NCBI RefSeq assembly: GCF_009914755.1
Contig: NC_060926.1
DNA: 64,000 nt
Source of the DNA: the human T2T-CHM13v2.0 reference genome, Homo sapiens
Direction: 5' to 3' (one strand)
Below, one piece after another: positions 1-17,140 of the stretch (within the stretch, counting starts at the first letter, position 1; every line of letters begins with the position of its first letter). Under the pieces are notes generated by a model. That model saw nothing but the letters and a program-made list of their open reading frames with translations. It did no database searches and was not told the origin of the DNA. Made by a program: the position numbers and the translations under genes.

Positions 1-59
1 TGGCTAACACTGACATTCAGTGTCTTCATGACAGGCAGCCTGAAATAATGGAAAGGACC

Positions 60-202
60 CAGAAATTAAAGAAGACTGACCTGGATTTGAATACTGCTCT
101 AAGATTTTTTTTAGAAGTGTCAATTTAGGCAAAATTTTGTCTTCTATGAATCTCAAATATCCTCATGTGTGAAACTGTGATAATAATACCTAACATCTAG
201 TG
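60..202 (+). mobile_element. MIR SINE fragment
   Basis: Degenerate MIR core: ctggatttgaatactgctct...ttaggcaaaatttt...tctatgaatctcaaatatcctcatgtgtgaaactgtgataataatacctaac; boundaries approximate. Confidence 0.6.
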
Positions 203-1574
203 ACTTTTAAAGACCGGAAATATTTTTCATTATTACCATTATTGTCATTATCAGTACCAGCACCACCATCATCCTCAATAGCACAAACAAGAAACGTTTT
301 TGTCTCTTTTTCCTTCAAAGTATCTTCTTTGCTTTGTCCTTTTTTTAGTCTTTTTTATTCTCTTAGGAAAACAACAAAGGTGTTAAGATTGATTACATAC
401 TTTGCTTTTCCTCCTGGCCACCATTTGTCACTGTTGTAAGTAAATAGCAAAATAAAATCTCTTATTAAATGAAATTCCATACAAATCCCACACAGCCTGT
501 ACTTGTAGGAAAAAAGAAAGGTCTCTTCTTTAGGTGTCTAGATTTTATCTTTCTCTGTAAATCAATAGTTACCTATATATACCATTTGCCAATCCTAGAC
601 ATCATCTTGTATTTACATAGTATAGAAAGTCTGCATTACATGCCAAACACTTTAAGCAGGCTTCCAATTTATTATATAGAAAACCATCTTATTCAGTCCT
701 GCTACTGTTCAGCCAACTACTATATCACTACAACAGAAATCTAATTAAGACTTTGACAAACACAATTTAGAACTATAATTCAAAACTATAATTAAAAGGT
801 TTAAATGCAAAGAAAGTGATTTTTGGTATTAAATGTAAATGGCATTTTAATTCAAAGAATTCATCAGTTTGGAAGTTAATGCAATTAATGAAGCAAGAAA
901 TAAGATGCAAATCCAAAAGTTTATATTCTTTTGCCTAGGTGGCTGCCCTAGGCAAACCCTAAAGAAGAATCAAAGCCCATTACAGCCATAAGTAAGAATT
1001 GGACATGTGCTTCCTTTAGATGGTTATGTATAGTAAAATAGTCTGAAAAGGACTTCCTTAACAAGAGGTACATTCCGTTGAATGTATATATGTGTACATG
1101 GGAATGTGTACATAAATTAATGTTAGGGAAACAAATTAAATTGTTGAAAGTATACAATTAATATTATCATTTTTATTAAGAAAACGTAGCCTCTTCAGTG
1201 ACCTAAAATTCAAGAATAAAAATCTAGAATATTACTTAAAAAAAGGAGAAAGCCCTTGGAAATTTTTAAATCTTGAAAAATTATATTGCCATTCTGAGCA
1301 AATGATTATACATATGTTAATAATATGATAATGTTCTACTTTTATAGTATATATAATAAATCTGTCAGAGAAAAACATGCATCATTTTCTATTTACCTCC
1401 TATAGGAAAGTATCCACATTTAGTTCTTAACTCACTATACTAGTGACCATCAAATCAACTGTTAACGTATTAATTTATGTCACTTTTAAAAATAAACAAA
1501 AGTGGTATTTTCTCTGAAAAATTATTTAAAATATAGCACATTAGTATAGTTCATACACTAATCTGATGGTCTGA

Positions 1575-2135
1575 GTTTGTGATGAGTAACCTTCTTAACT
1601 ATCTCCCAAATATCTTTGTCTTCTGGTATTCACACTATTATGGAATCCTCTTTTCTCTACTGCAGGCAGGGCCTAATTATTGCTTCCAATGATTAGATAA
1701 GAGCAAAAATGATGGAATGTATCTTCTGAGATTAGGTTGTAAAAACTGTAACTTCTTTTCTGGCTGGCGTTCTTTCTTGCTCTTGTGTGCTTTCCCTGAT
1801 TAATTAATTTGTATTAATCTATGAATTCCATGGCAAGGAACTTAGGTGGCCTCTGGCCAACCATCAGCAAAAAACAGAATCTCTGAGTCCGAAAGTCTTT
1901 GAGAAACTGCATCCTTCCAGCAGAAGCTTAAGTGAGCTCAAACTCTTCCTATTCAGGTCTTCGAATGAGACTGCAGCCCTGGCTAACTCCCGTATTGCAG
2001 CCTTGTGGAGGACTCTCACACTGAGATCTGAGTTAAGGTATGCCTGGATTCTTGATCCACAGAAAGCATGAGATAATCATCGTCGTTGTTTAAAGCCACT
2101 GAGTTTTGGGGCAATTTGTTATATAGCAATAAGTA
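1575..2135 (+). mobile_element. MLT1-family (ERVL-MaLR) solo LTR, MLT1E/F/G-like
   Basis: Typical MLT1 3' end gttgtttaaagccactgagttttggggcaatttgttatatagcaata and internal gaatgagactgcagccctggctaac...ttgcagccttgtgg. Confidence 0.75.
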
Positions 2136-5100
2136 TTTTAGAACATCTAATTGAATAAGGTGGATAATCTACAGTCTAATGTTGCAGAAACATAATGTTG
2201 CTGCAATCTTATTAAAACCTATCCAGTCAGTTAAATGGCCATGTACCAGAATGTTACTTGTGGAATAATGATGTTACTGTAAACAGAAAAGATCTTGTCA
2301 TCAGAGAACATATTTTTTAAAAAAAAGAGTTAACTTTTTATGGTTTAAGACCTAAGTTGCTGCCACTGATCTTTGTTTGAGTTCTTAAAAGATTTATTAA
2401 TCTAACAGTCTTAATATCTGAAAATAAAAACAGAAAATGCTTTTAGTTTAAACTCCTGCTCTGGAAAATCCTTTATAATGTATAGGTTCACTTTCCTGAC
2501 TTTATAAATATAATATTGTGAGCTTAGCTGTCTTCTTTTGATGGCTTACATGCAGTATCTCAGACTTATACTGAAAATGAATTCTCACTATGCAGTAACT
2601 TGGATGTAGAAAGTGAAAGGAAGGGTGAGTGGGCACTTCAGTTGTAACAACAGGAAAGGTTTTGGAATAAAACACCGGGCTTAGATTATTTTCTAATGAT
2701 TTGATTTTTTTGTTAACTTCAAGTATAGCAATAATAATAATAAACCAAACACTGCATTTAAAGACTTCAGTTCTATTTTTTGTATTATTTCTTGAAACTG
2801 ATTGTTTGAAAATTACTTTACTCCTATTCCTTTGTTGAAGCTTTAAAAAAAAAGCCTTCCAATCATACTGTTGTTTAGTTAATCAGTTCATTCTTTGATT
2901 ATTACATCATCGGTTACCAACATATGAAAGAGTATTGAAATAGAAGATAAATATCACGACAGATTAAAGAAGCATCTGAGCCAACTTTTCATTTTTTAAT
3001 GGGGAAACACAAAGATGCCACTTCTGTTTGTGAAATGCACTGTGTCCTTAGATTTAAACTTTCAAATAGAGTACATACATTTATTTTTATACATTCCTAT
3101 TCTACATTTAAGATTTTATTCAAATTGTAAAAATGCTAGCCCAAATGACTATGCAAATTCTGAGAGAAAGATTGTAAAGACTATTATTAACATAAGAGGT
3201 GGGAAGAAACACAGCTTGAGTTTGATATCCCAGGTGAAGTTTGCTGCTCTGAAAATTAGGAAAACACAACCTTTGACATACATGCTAGGAAATATAGACA
3301 TGGATATTATTCTAAGAATTACCATGGAACCCCAATCTGTCAATTTAATTGTTATTCTTTTGATTATTACCACATCTAATTTATTCTTACATATTTGTTC
3401 TCGTACTCAAAACATTCACAACAATAGAATTTAAAGCAATCTATTAGTTACTTACATTTCTACTTCTCTCTACCCTTTCCTTTATCTCTCCCACTCCTTT
3501 CTTATTTTTATAACAGGTTGGATGAAAAAGTAATTCTGGCTTGCTATTTCTATTATTGACGGGTCAAGGAAACCCTATACAAAAATAAATATATGTGAAG
3601 AAGATCTTACTCTTCTGGTTTGTTTCACTTAATTCTCCACCAAAATAACTTATTTTCCTTGAGTAAGAGGTTATTGAGAAGTGCAGCCTAACTGCAAGAA
3701 GAATTTACTTCAAGTTGTTCTAGTTGAGGGTCACTACTATCAACTCAGGTTCAAATTACTCACCCTGTCAACCAGAAAGTCAAACGTTAAATCTAGACTC
3801 ACTATCATGGTTTGCAGCTGGAATTTATCTGTGAGATATCCCCATGTCTGCAGATAATGAATTGTGACTTGAACTTCTAACTTTAACACTAGTTGAAATT
3901 TCTTACAGAAAGGAATGATGTTGGCTCTCAAAATACTTATGTGTTTGGGGATTACATTAATGAAAAAAATTATCCAGTGTGTTTTAAATAGTAGACTTGT
4001 TTACATGTAACCTATGTAAAGAAATACAAGTCCATATTCTGGGCTTTCTAGCAGCTGAATTCAGAGACTTAATCCAACAGACAAAAATTAATAAAAGTAT
4101 TAAACTTTTAGAACAGTCTTTCTCAGCAAGAGTGCATTCTTCTTCTCTTTGAAAATAACTGGGAAAGCTTGGAAGATCAAAAAACAAAACAAAACAGAAA
4201 CAAAGTGTAGCGAGGACAAATCCTTTTGTCTCAACTGGGAGGAGAATAGAGAGAAATGGAAAGCATCTATAATTATCCATCTGTCATTTATTTCATATAT
4301 TCATATATTAATTTCAGATACATTAGAAATATTGCAAATACATGACCAGAAAGTTATAGAAAGCTCCTATATAAATACTTCCATGAAGCCTAGAATTAGG
4401 GAAAATGTAGCCTCTTTCAAATGTACAGCTATTTCTTGATGTCAATAAAAATCTTGCTGCAATTTTCACATTTCTTTTTATATATAGGTCCCTCCAGCAA
4501 GAGAAACAAAACTTCATTAAAACTATTCGAAAAATATTTTAATTTTTTAAAAAATTTAAGAGTAAAAAAAATTGTGTTAGGGTTTGATGCTATATGTTAA
4601 AAATATTTAAATAATTACCTTTACAAATTTTACAGTTTAATGATAAACTAATGATTGTATGTATTCAGCATTTTTTATTTTAAAGAATAAAAAATGATAT
4701 CACGTACAAAGCTACATTGTACAGACAATTTCAAGTCATCAATAGCGTATAATTTCTTAACTTGGGGTGTTTTCTTCACATCAAGAGAAACAGCCTGCCC
4801 CTTTCAGTGTTAAGAGCAGCACAGCTCTAGTCTAGTCTATGGTAGTCCCAAATAAGTACTCCAGGAAGACTGATTTGGAATGTTCCTGCTTCACTGTTTA
4901 TATTAAATGTTTTCATTTTCTGTTTCCAATTCATCTTTGGAATTGTTTCTTTTTATTCTCTTCCAAGAATAGGCAATTTAATTTTTAAAGCATTAATCTT
5001 GCAAAAATTCAATTCAAATCTGATCATTTTGGAGGCTTTCAACTATCATGCCACATTCGTTTTGTTTACTTTGGAGGCTGCTGCCTTATATGCAATGAGT

Positions 5101-5438
5101 ATTTAGTTATAATGGATGGTTATTCATGACTAAAAGAAGAAAAAAGTGAAATCTTTGTGATTGTGCCAGTGATATGAAAATTGGGACGGTAGCTAGATTA
5201 GGAGACGTGTCTGTTCTCCAATTCTCTATCTTCCCTAAACAGAAGAGAGCAAGAATCAGGTCCAAAAGTGTCAGAGTTGGATGGCAGTGGTTGGATCTCG
5301 GTTAAACCGTATTCAAACTGGTGGGACTATTTTTCTAACCTACTTTTTATTTTCTGCCTTTTTGTCTTTCTCTCTCTCTCTCAAATTAGTTCAAAGGGCA
5401 ATTGTCCAGACGTCACTCTACCAAAAAAAGAGCTTAAA

Positions 5439-5453
5439 CATTCTTGCTCTTTC
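5439..5453. repeat. Left copy of 15-bp target-site duplication of the inverted L1 (cattcttgctctttc)
   Basis: Identical copy at 9562-9576. Confidence 0.95.
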
Positions 5454-9949
<4,496 letters not shown>

Positions 9950-10439
9950 TCATTGCTTTTTTTCGAGAGTGGCCAGAGTATGATAACTTGTAAAAGTCTG
10001 ACTTGAATTTAGTAGGAGAAAACGCTGTTAGGTTTGAGAATGCAGTTTTTATAGTCCAATTAAGGACACTTTTGTGAGGGCAAGGGGCAAAATTAATAAT
10101 TATTCTAGGACAAGAGGCATGAATCAGGAATGTATCAGGCAAAATCACTTTAGAGTCTTACAAGCCAGCCTAGCTTATCGGAGTTTTGTAACTGTTTTCC
10201 AATTATTCCCTATACATCTACCTACTTAATGAACCTCACGGGAAGGGAAGATGGTGGCCTGGGACAATATTTTACATAAATTATTGTAAAGCTCATGAGC
10301 TCTGAAAGAGCACCATGTTCAAATATTATCTTGGCTTCTTAATAACTGATTGAGTTATTTAACACTTTTTCACTTAGTTTCTTCATCAAGAAAACGAAAT
10401 AGAAAATAGTATATATTTCATAGGAAAGTTAAGTAAATT

Positions 10440-13320
10440 ATTGAGACTTGTGTTGCATAGTGTACGATCTGTCTTTGTAAATGTTTCATGTGCCCTTGAA
10501 GAGAATGTGCATTCTGCTATTGTTGGGTGGCATGTTCTATGTTGTAGGTTGGGTGGGTCATTAGGTCAGGTTGGATGATAGTGTTGTTCAAATGTTCTAT
10601 ATGTTTACTGACTTGGTGTCTACTTGTTCTATCAATTACTGAGAGAAGAATGTTGAAATCTCTACTTATTATTGTGGATTTGTCAATTTTCACTTTCATT
10701 TCTGCTTTCAGTTTTTGCTTCATGTAGCTTGAGGCTCTTGTATTAGGTGTGTAACATTTAGGATTTGTGTGTGTGTGTGTGTTTGTGAATTGCACCTTCA
10801 ATCATAAGGATGTATTTTATCTCTGGAAGTATTTCTTGCCCTACAGTATACTTTGTTATTTATATATCCACTCCAGCTTATGGTGAAAGTTTATTCTGTT
10901 TAGCTTTTCCCTTTTCTTACTTTTAATTGGTGTCTTTATCTTTAAAGTGGGTTTCTAGTGAGTAGAATAGTTGAGTCTTGCATCTTTATCCAAACTTACA
11001 CACTCTGGCTTTTAATTAGGTTTTATTCTCCTTTAATTAAAAGTAATCACAGATATATTTTGGTTAATTAATCTATAATCTTTTTTTTTTTTTGAGATGA
11101 GTCTTGCTCTGTCACCCAGGCTAGAGTGAAGTGGCATGTTCTCGGTTCACTGCAACCTCCACTTCCTGGGTTCAAGCTGTTATCCTGCTTCAGCCTCCCA
11201 AGTAAGTGAAATTACAGGTGCTCACCACCACGCCAGGCTAATTTTTTGTATTTTTAGTAGAGAAGGGGTTTCACAATGTTGGGCAGGCTGTTCTTGAACT
11301 CCTGACCTCAGGTGATCTGCCCAGCTCAGCCTCCCAAAGTGCTGGAATTACAGGCAGGAGCCACCACGCCCAGCTGTAATGTTTCTGTATGTCCCATTTG
11401 TTCTTTGTGTTTTTTTTCTCATTTTCTGTTTCATTAAAGATTAAATGATAATTTTTTTATTAGTACACTTTTTCTACTCTGTTGTCATGTTATGTAACTC
11501 TACCTATTTTTTCATAGCCATCCTAGGCTTTCCACCATGCATCTTTTATTTATCACAGTCTAGCTTCTATAGATTATTCTCCTTCACATAACAACAGTTA
11601 TGATATCTCAATCATACATTTTATGTTTACATGATACATAAACCCTACAAAAATTCTTATTTTCTCTTTAAACAATTTTCTTTTTAAGAGACTTTAAAAA
11701 TGAGCTAAAATCTTTAAATTTAGCCACATATTTTACTATTCCCAGAATTATTTAGTCTATTATATAGGTCCAAGTTTCCATCTGACAATATTTCCTTCAT
11801 CTCAATGACTTCTTGTACATTTCTTATAGGTGTGCTACAAGGGATTCTCTCCGTTTTTTGTTTACGAGAAAATGTCTTTATTTTGCCTTATTTTTTGCTC
11901 TGAAGTTTGTATATCCTCTCCAGTTTGCTTTTGATTAATGTTAGCATCATATACATTTTTTCATCTTTTCATGATCTGTTATGTTTCTTATATGTAAAAT
12001 GGGGTTTTTTTTTAAAGCAGGATAGAGTTGGATCTTATTTTTTAATCCAATCTGAAAATCTCTGACTTTTGAGACATTTATTTATATTTAATGTAATGAT
12101 ATGACTAGCTTCAAATGTGCCATCTTGACATTTAATTCTATCTGTACTACATATATTGTTCCTTGTTTTCTCTATTTATACCTTCTTCGAAATGCAGTTT
12201 TTATTATTTCATGTTATCTCCTTTGTGAACTTATTAGCAATAGCTCTTTGTTGCGTTATTGTAGTGGTTAATTTAGGATTTATAGTATACGTGCTTAATT
12301 TATCAGAATCTATCTTTAAGTGTTATTATATTGTTTCATGAATAAAATAATAACTTTATAACAGTGCACTTTTAATGTTTCACTCTCAGGCTTTGCACTG
12401 TTATTGTCATATAGTTTAATTCTTCACAATATTATAAACCCCACAATATATTATTTCCACTTTACAATGTTTTAAGAAATTTAAATAATGAAAATATAGT
12501 CTTTATTTTACCTATGTAGCTACCATCTCCTGTGCTCCTTATTTCTTGGTGGAGAATGGATTTCCAACTGATATTATTTTGCTTTTTCTTAAATATTTAA
12601 AAACATTTTTGTAGTGTAAGTCTACTGTGATAATTTTTTTCAATTTTTCTGTACTTGAAGAATTCTTTGTTTTACTTTCTGAAAAAATTTTTACTGACTA
12701 AAGAATTCTAGATTGACAGGATTTTGTTTTGTTTTGTTTCTCTTAATAGTTTAAAGGTTTTGCTTTATTGTGTCCTAGATTTCATTGTTTTCAACAAGAA
12801 ATCTGTTATCCTTTTATTTGTCCCCTGTATGTAATGTCTTTCTTTCTCCAGGTACCTTTAAGAGTTTTGTATTTTATTATTTTATTACTTTTTGTTTCGA
12901 TCACTAGTTTAAGCAATTTGACTATCGTGAGCCTTGATGTAATTATCTTTGTATTTCTTATGCTTGAGTTTCATTGCATTTCTTGAGTTTTAGATTTATG
13001 ATTTCTTATTTGTACAATTTCTGGCAAATACTCGTGTTTTTTCTTCCCCCTCTTTCCTCTCCTCACAGACTCCAATTGTATATATATTTGACCATTTGAA
13101 ATTTTCCAGTAGCTCCCCTACGTTGTTATTTCCCCTACTCTTTATTCTTAGATAACTTCTATTGTCATATCTTTAATCTACTAATATTTTCTTCTTATAT
13201 CTAGCCTGCCATTAATCCTTTCCAGTGTGTTTTTTTAAATATCAGACAGTGTAGTTTTTAACTCCAGAAATTTGATTTCAGTCTTTTTAATATGTTATTT
13301 TATTTTTATTGAACACATTT
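10440..13320 (-). mobile_element. Ancient L1M (L1MC/MD/ME-like) ORF2-EN, inter-ORF and ORF1 fragments, probably two nested copies
   Basis: Minus ORF 10517-10801 (...TPNTRASSYMKQKL...TIISRDFNILLSVIDRTSRHQVSKHIEHLNNTI) is degenerate L1 EN; EN-start-like sequence recurs at ~11915-12110. Confidence 0.75.
11081..11374 (-). mobile_element. AluS (Sx/Sz-like)
   Basis: T13 tail, full antisense dimer with cctgacctcaggtgatctgccc. Confidence 0.95.
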
Positions 13321-13336
13321 AATTTTTTTTCTAGAC

Positions 13337-13575
13337 CAGTGGTTCTAAATTAGAAGCAATTGTACCCTTTCAGAAGATATTTGTCAGTGACTGAGTACAT
13401 TTTTAATTGTCACAATGTGGGGTGGGAACTTCTACTGACTAACACTCTACTGTGTAGAATGTTGCTAACCATTATACATTTTACCTAACAGACTCCCCAC
13501 AGACACAGCAACAACAAAAACAAAAATATGTGACCATTGACTAAAATGTCAGTAGTGTTGAGGATGAGAAGCTTG
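13337..13575 (+). mobile_element. MER20 hAT-Charlie DNA transposon
   Basis: cagtggttct start; catttttaattgtcacaa; ends aaaatgtcagtagtgttgaggatgagaagcttg, matching MER20 ends. Confidence 0.8.
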
Positions 13576-13632
13576 CTCTACCCTCTTGGGTATATGGAAT
13601 ATAGTTAGGATACGTGCTTTGATGTCTTTTTT

Positions 13633-15096
13633 TTTTTTAATTTTACTTTAAGTTCTGGGATACATGTGCAGAACCTGCAGGTTTGTTACATAGGTATACA
13701 TATGCCATGATGGTTTGCTGTACCTATCAACCCATCATCTAGGTTTTAAGCCCTGCATGCATTAGGTATTTGTCCTAATATTCTCCATCTCCTTGCCTCC
13801 CACCACCTGAAAGGCCCTGGTGTGTGTTGTTCCCCTCTCTTTGTCCATGTGTTCTCATTGTTCAACCCACACTTATGAGAACATGTGGTGTTTGGTCCTC
13901 TGTTCCTGTGTTAGTTTGCTGAGAATGACGGCTTCCAGCTTTATCAATGTCCTTGCAAAGGACATGATCTCATTCCTTTTTATGGCTGTGTATTATTCCA
14001 TAGTGTAAATGTACCACATTTTCTTTATTCAGTCTACCATTGCTGGGTATTTGGGTTGGTTCCATGTCTTTGCTATTGTGAATACTGCTGAAATAAACAT
14101 ACTTGTGCATGTGTCTTTATAGTAGACTGATTTATCTTTTATTTGGGCATATACCCACTAATGGGATTGTTGGGTCAAATGGTATTTCTGGTTCTCAGAT
14201 CCTTGAGGAAGCGCCACATTGTCTTCCACAATGGTTGAACTAATTTACATTTCCAACAACAGTGCAAAAGTGTTCCTATTTCTCCATTGCCTCGCCAGCA
14301 TCTATAGTTTCTTGACTTTTTAATAATTGCCATTCTGACTGGTGTGAGATGGCATCTCACTATGGTTTTGATTTACATTTCTCTAATGATCAGTGATGTT
14401 GAGGTTATTTTTACATATTTTTTTGGCCACATAGATGTCTTCTTTTGAGAAGCATCTGTTCATATCCTTCACCTAAATGGGTTTTTTTTTTCTGATAAAT
14501 TTGTTTAAGTTCCATGTAGATTCTGGATATTAGACCTTTGTTGAATGGGTAGATTGCAAAATGTTCCTCTCATTCTGTAGGTTGCCTGTTCACTCTGATG
14601 ATAGTTTCTTTTGCTGTGCAGAAGCTCTTTAGTTTAATTAGATCCCATTTGTCAATTTTGGCTTTTGTTGCAATTGCTTTTGGCATTTTCATCATGAAAT
14701 CTTTGCCCATGCCTATGTCCTGAATGGCATTTCCTTGGTTATTTTCCAGTATTTTTATGGTTTTTGGTTTTATGTTTAAGTCTTTAATCCATCTTGAGTT
14801 AATTTTTGTATAAGGTGTAAGGAAGGGATCCAGTTTCAGTTTTCTGCATATGGCTAGCCAGTTTTTCCAGCACCATTTAAATAGGGAACTCTTTCCTCAT
14901 TGCTTGTTTTTGTCAAGTTTTTCAAAGATCAGAAGGTTGTAGATGTGTGTTGTTATTTCTGATGTCCTGTTTTGTTCCATTGGTCTGTATGTCTGTTTTG
15001 GTACCAGTACCATGCTGTTTTGGTTACTGTAGCCTTGTAGCATAGTTTGAAGTCAGGTAGCATGATGCTTCCAGCTTTGTTCTTTTTGCTTAAGAT
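13633..15096 (-). mobile_element. L1PA8-like 5'-truncated element (~1.46 kb) with TSD
   Basis: 3' UTR with aggttttaagccctgcatgcattaggtatttgtcc; ORF2 C-terminal [20 protein letters not shown]; TSD tttgatgtctttttt at 13618-13632 and 15097-15111. Confidence 0.93.
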
Positions 15097-15111
15097 TTTG
15101 ATGTCTTTTTT

Positions 15112-16480
15112 CTAGTAATCCTATTATCTCTGTCATTTCATTTAGTTTTGATTGATTTATTCCCTCCCCCACCCATTGTGAGTTGCATTAAGTCTAAGTG
15201 TAATTTTTTTTCCACTGAGGCAAGACTCATCGCAATTCTCTAATATTTCTTGTTGAATTATGAGGTTTTCCACTCTGATTGTTGGGAACTGGCATCATTC
15301 CTACTTCTGTTTTAATACTGGAATTGTTCTTTCCAATACTTTTAGATGATCTTTCCCTGGCCTTAGATATTTTCCTTACATGCATAAGCTAATAAGTAAT
15401 CAACTGAACACTTAAGTAGAACTCTTTGCTTACCCCCAGAGTCTTTGTGTGTGTGTGTGTGTGTGTGTGACTTTACCCCCTTTTGTGCCAACCCCTTTTA
15501 AGTCTAGCTACCTTATTTTCCCTGGACCCCCAGATCCATGTCCTCAACAGAGGGAGGCTCTGCCTGAGTACCTTCCCTGCACTGTGACTTGAAAACTTTG
15601 TATAGGTGATAAGTTGAAAAAAGAAAGGGCCCATCTTATTTGTTTCTTATCCCTCAAGGGTCACTGTCCTTCATTGCCTAATGTCCAATGCCTTGAGTTG
15701 TTTTATATTTCTATTTTGTTTTACTTTAAGATGTTGTGAATATTATATCATCTGTTTTTTGTTACTTTTATTTAAATATATTGTTTAACTAGCTAGTTAA
15801 GTTGCTAGTAGATTAACTTGGGCTTTTCCAGGCTTTTTAAATATTTTATTTTCCAAAGCCTATTTCCAGGCTTTGTTAGGACAAATCTGGAGTCACCTTT
15901 ATTCTAAACGTGTTTATCACTACTATTAAGGTATGACCCTTCTAGGTCTCTGCTGAATGTATTACATGTCCAACAAGGTTGTGCCACTCTTTTTTGACTG
16001 TACATGTTGTCTAGCCCTGTGTGAGATCTGGAAATATCTATCACGCAGTTTCTTGATAATTATTCTTTTCTTGGCCTTGCTGAATCTCATCCTATGTGTG
16101 CATAGTTTAGTATTCAAAGGCTTAAGGAGACTTCTCTACGTATTTTTAGAGTGCTTCTCCACATAGCTTCTGTCTACACAGTACTTTGCCATGTAAAATT
16201 TAGTTACTTAGGTCTCCTTGAACTCTGATGTATTGAACCATAGCTCAGTGAGACACAATGTTCTGTGACCTTGCCTAGTTGGTGCTGACTACAAAGTGGC
16301 TAAAGGTAGAAACCTGGGACAATTGCAGGGATCAGCTATCTTGTTCCTTCTTTTTAGAGAGAAATACAGTCCTGTGCTGCTGCTGTCCCACATATAAAAA
16401 CAGTATTTTCATCAATTTTGTTCAACTTTCTAGTTGTTCACAGATGGTGGGGGGAATCAGTTTCCAGTTATTCCATCATG
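15112..16480 (-). mobile_element. Ancient L1M 5' region (continuation of the 10440-13320 element or elements)
   Basis: Resembles antisense L1M 5'-end sequence; continues across the L1PA8 TSD; (TG)n at 15446-15468; highly diverged. Confidence 0.5.
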
Positions 16481-16669
16481 GGCTAGAAATAAAATTTGGG
16501 ATGTTGGAAGAATAAAATGTGTTAACCCAATGTGCTTGCAACAGCTCTTGGCACATGGTAAATAATCAGTAAATGTTAGTTTTTAACTATGTTTAGTCTT
16601 TCATCTATGCTATTCTCTCTTTTTCTTTCTGAGCTGCAGCTGGGCTAGGATTTACTCAGCTTCATCAAT

Positions 16670-17140
16670 ATATTAAGCTCTCTCCTGTCCCCTGTGACAT
16701 TTAGACATGGCAGATCCTGTTCATTTTGCCTGGAAACTCTTCCCAGACCAATTATACTATATACTCACTGGTAAACTCCAAATTACATTTTTCTCTTAAA
16801 TATCACCTCAATTGTAATTTTCTCAGTGATGTGTTTTTTGACACTCCCCCAGTCTAACTCCAGTGCTCCTTTATACTATTTTTTGGAGCTTATGATTTTT
16901 CTTCAAAGGAGCCCTCACAGTTTGTAACAATATATGTTTTTGTGTGGTATGATTAATGAAAGTCTATTATCCTAACATCAATATTTGATGGGGCTCCAGG
17001 GTTAATTAGAAAAAATGTAGGCTTACATGAGGCTAGCGATACTGCTCTTGTTTGCTCACCTTTGTATCCCAGTATCTGCTAAAGTTCTGGGTATAGAGAA
17101 TGTGCTCAAGAAAAACTTTGTTGAAGGAATAATTTAATGC
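16670..17140 (+). mobile_element. L2 LINE 3' end
   Basis: cctggaaactcttccc...aaatatcacctc and terminal ctttgtatcccagtatct...gtgctcaagaaaaactttgttgaaggaat. Confidence 0.65.

Noticed and set aside
3015-3434. 139-aa ORF in unique DNA
   Set aside because: AT-rich I/L/F/N-biased sequence with no recognisable domain or exon structure; consistent with a chance ORF.
3517-3662. Possible coding exon after a strong pyrimidine tract and acceptor
   Set aside because: All three frames hit stops early and the donor is modest; at most non-coding.
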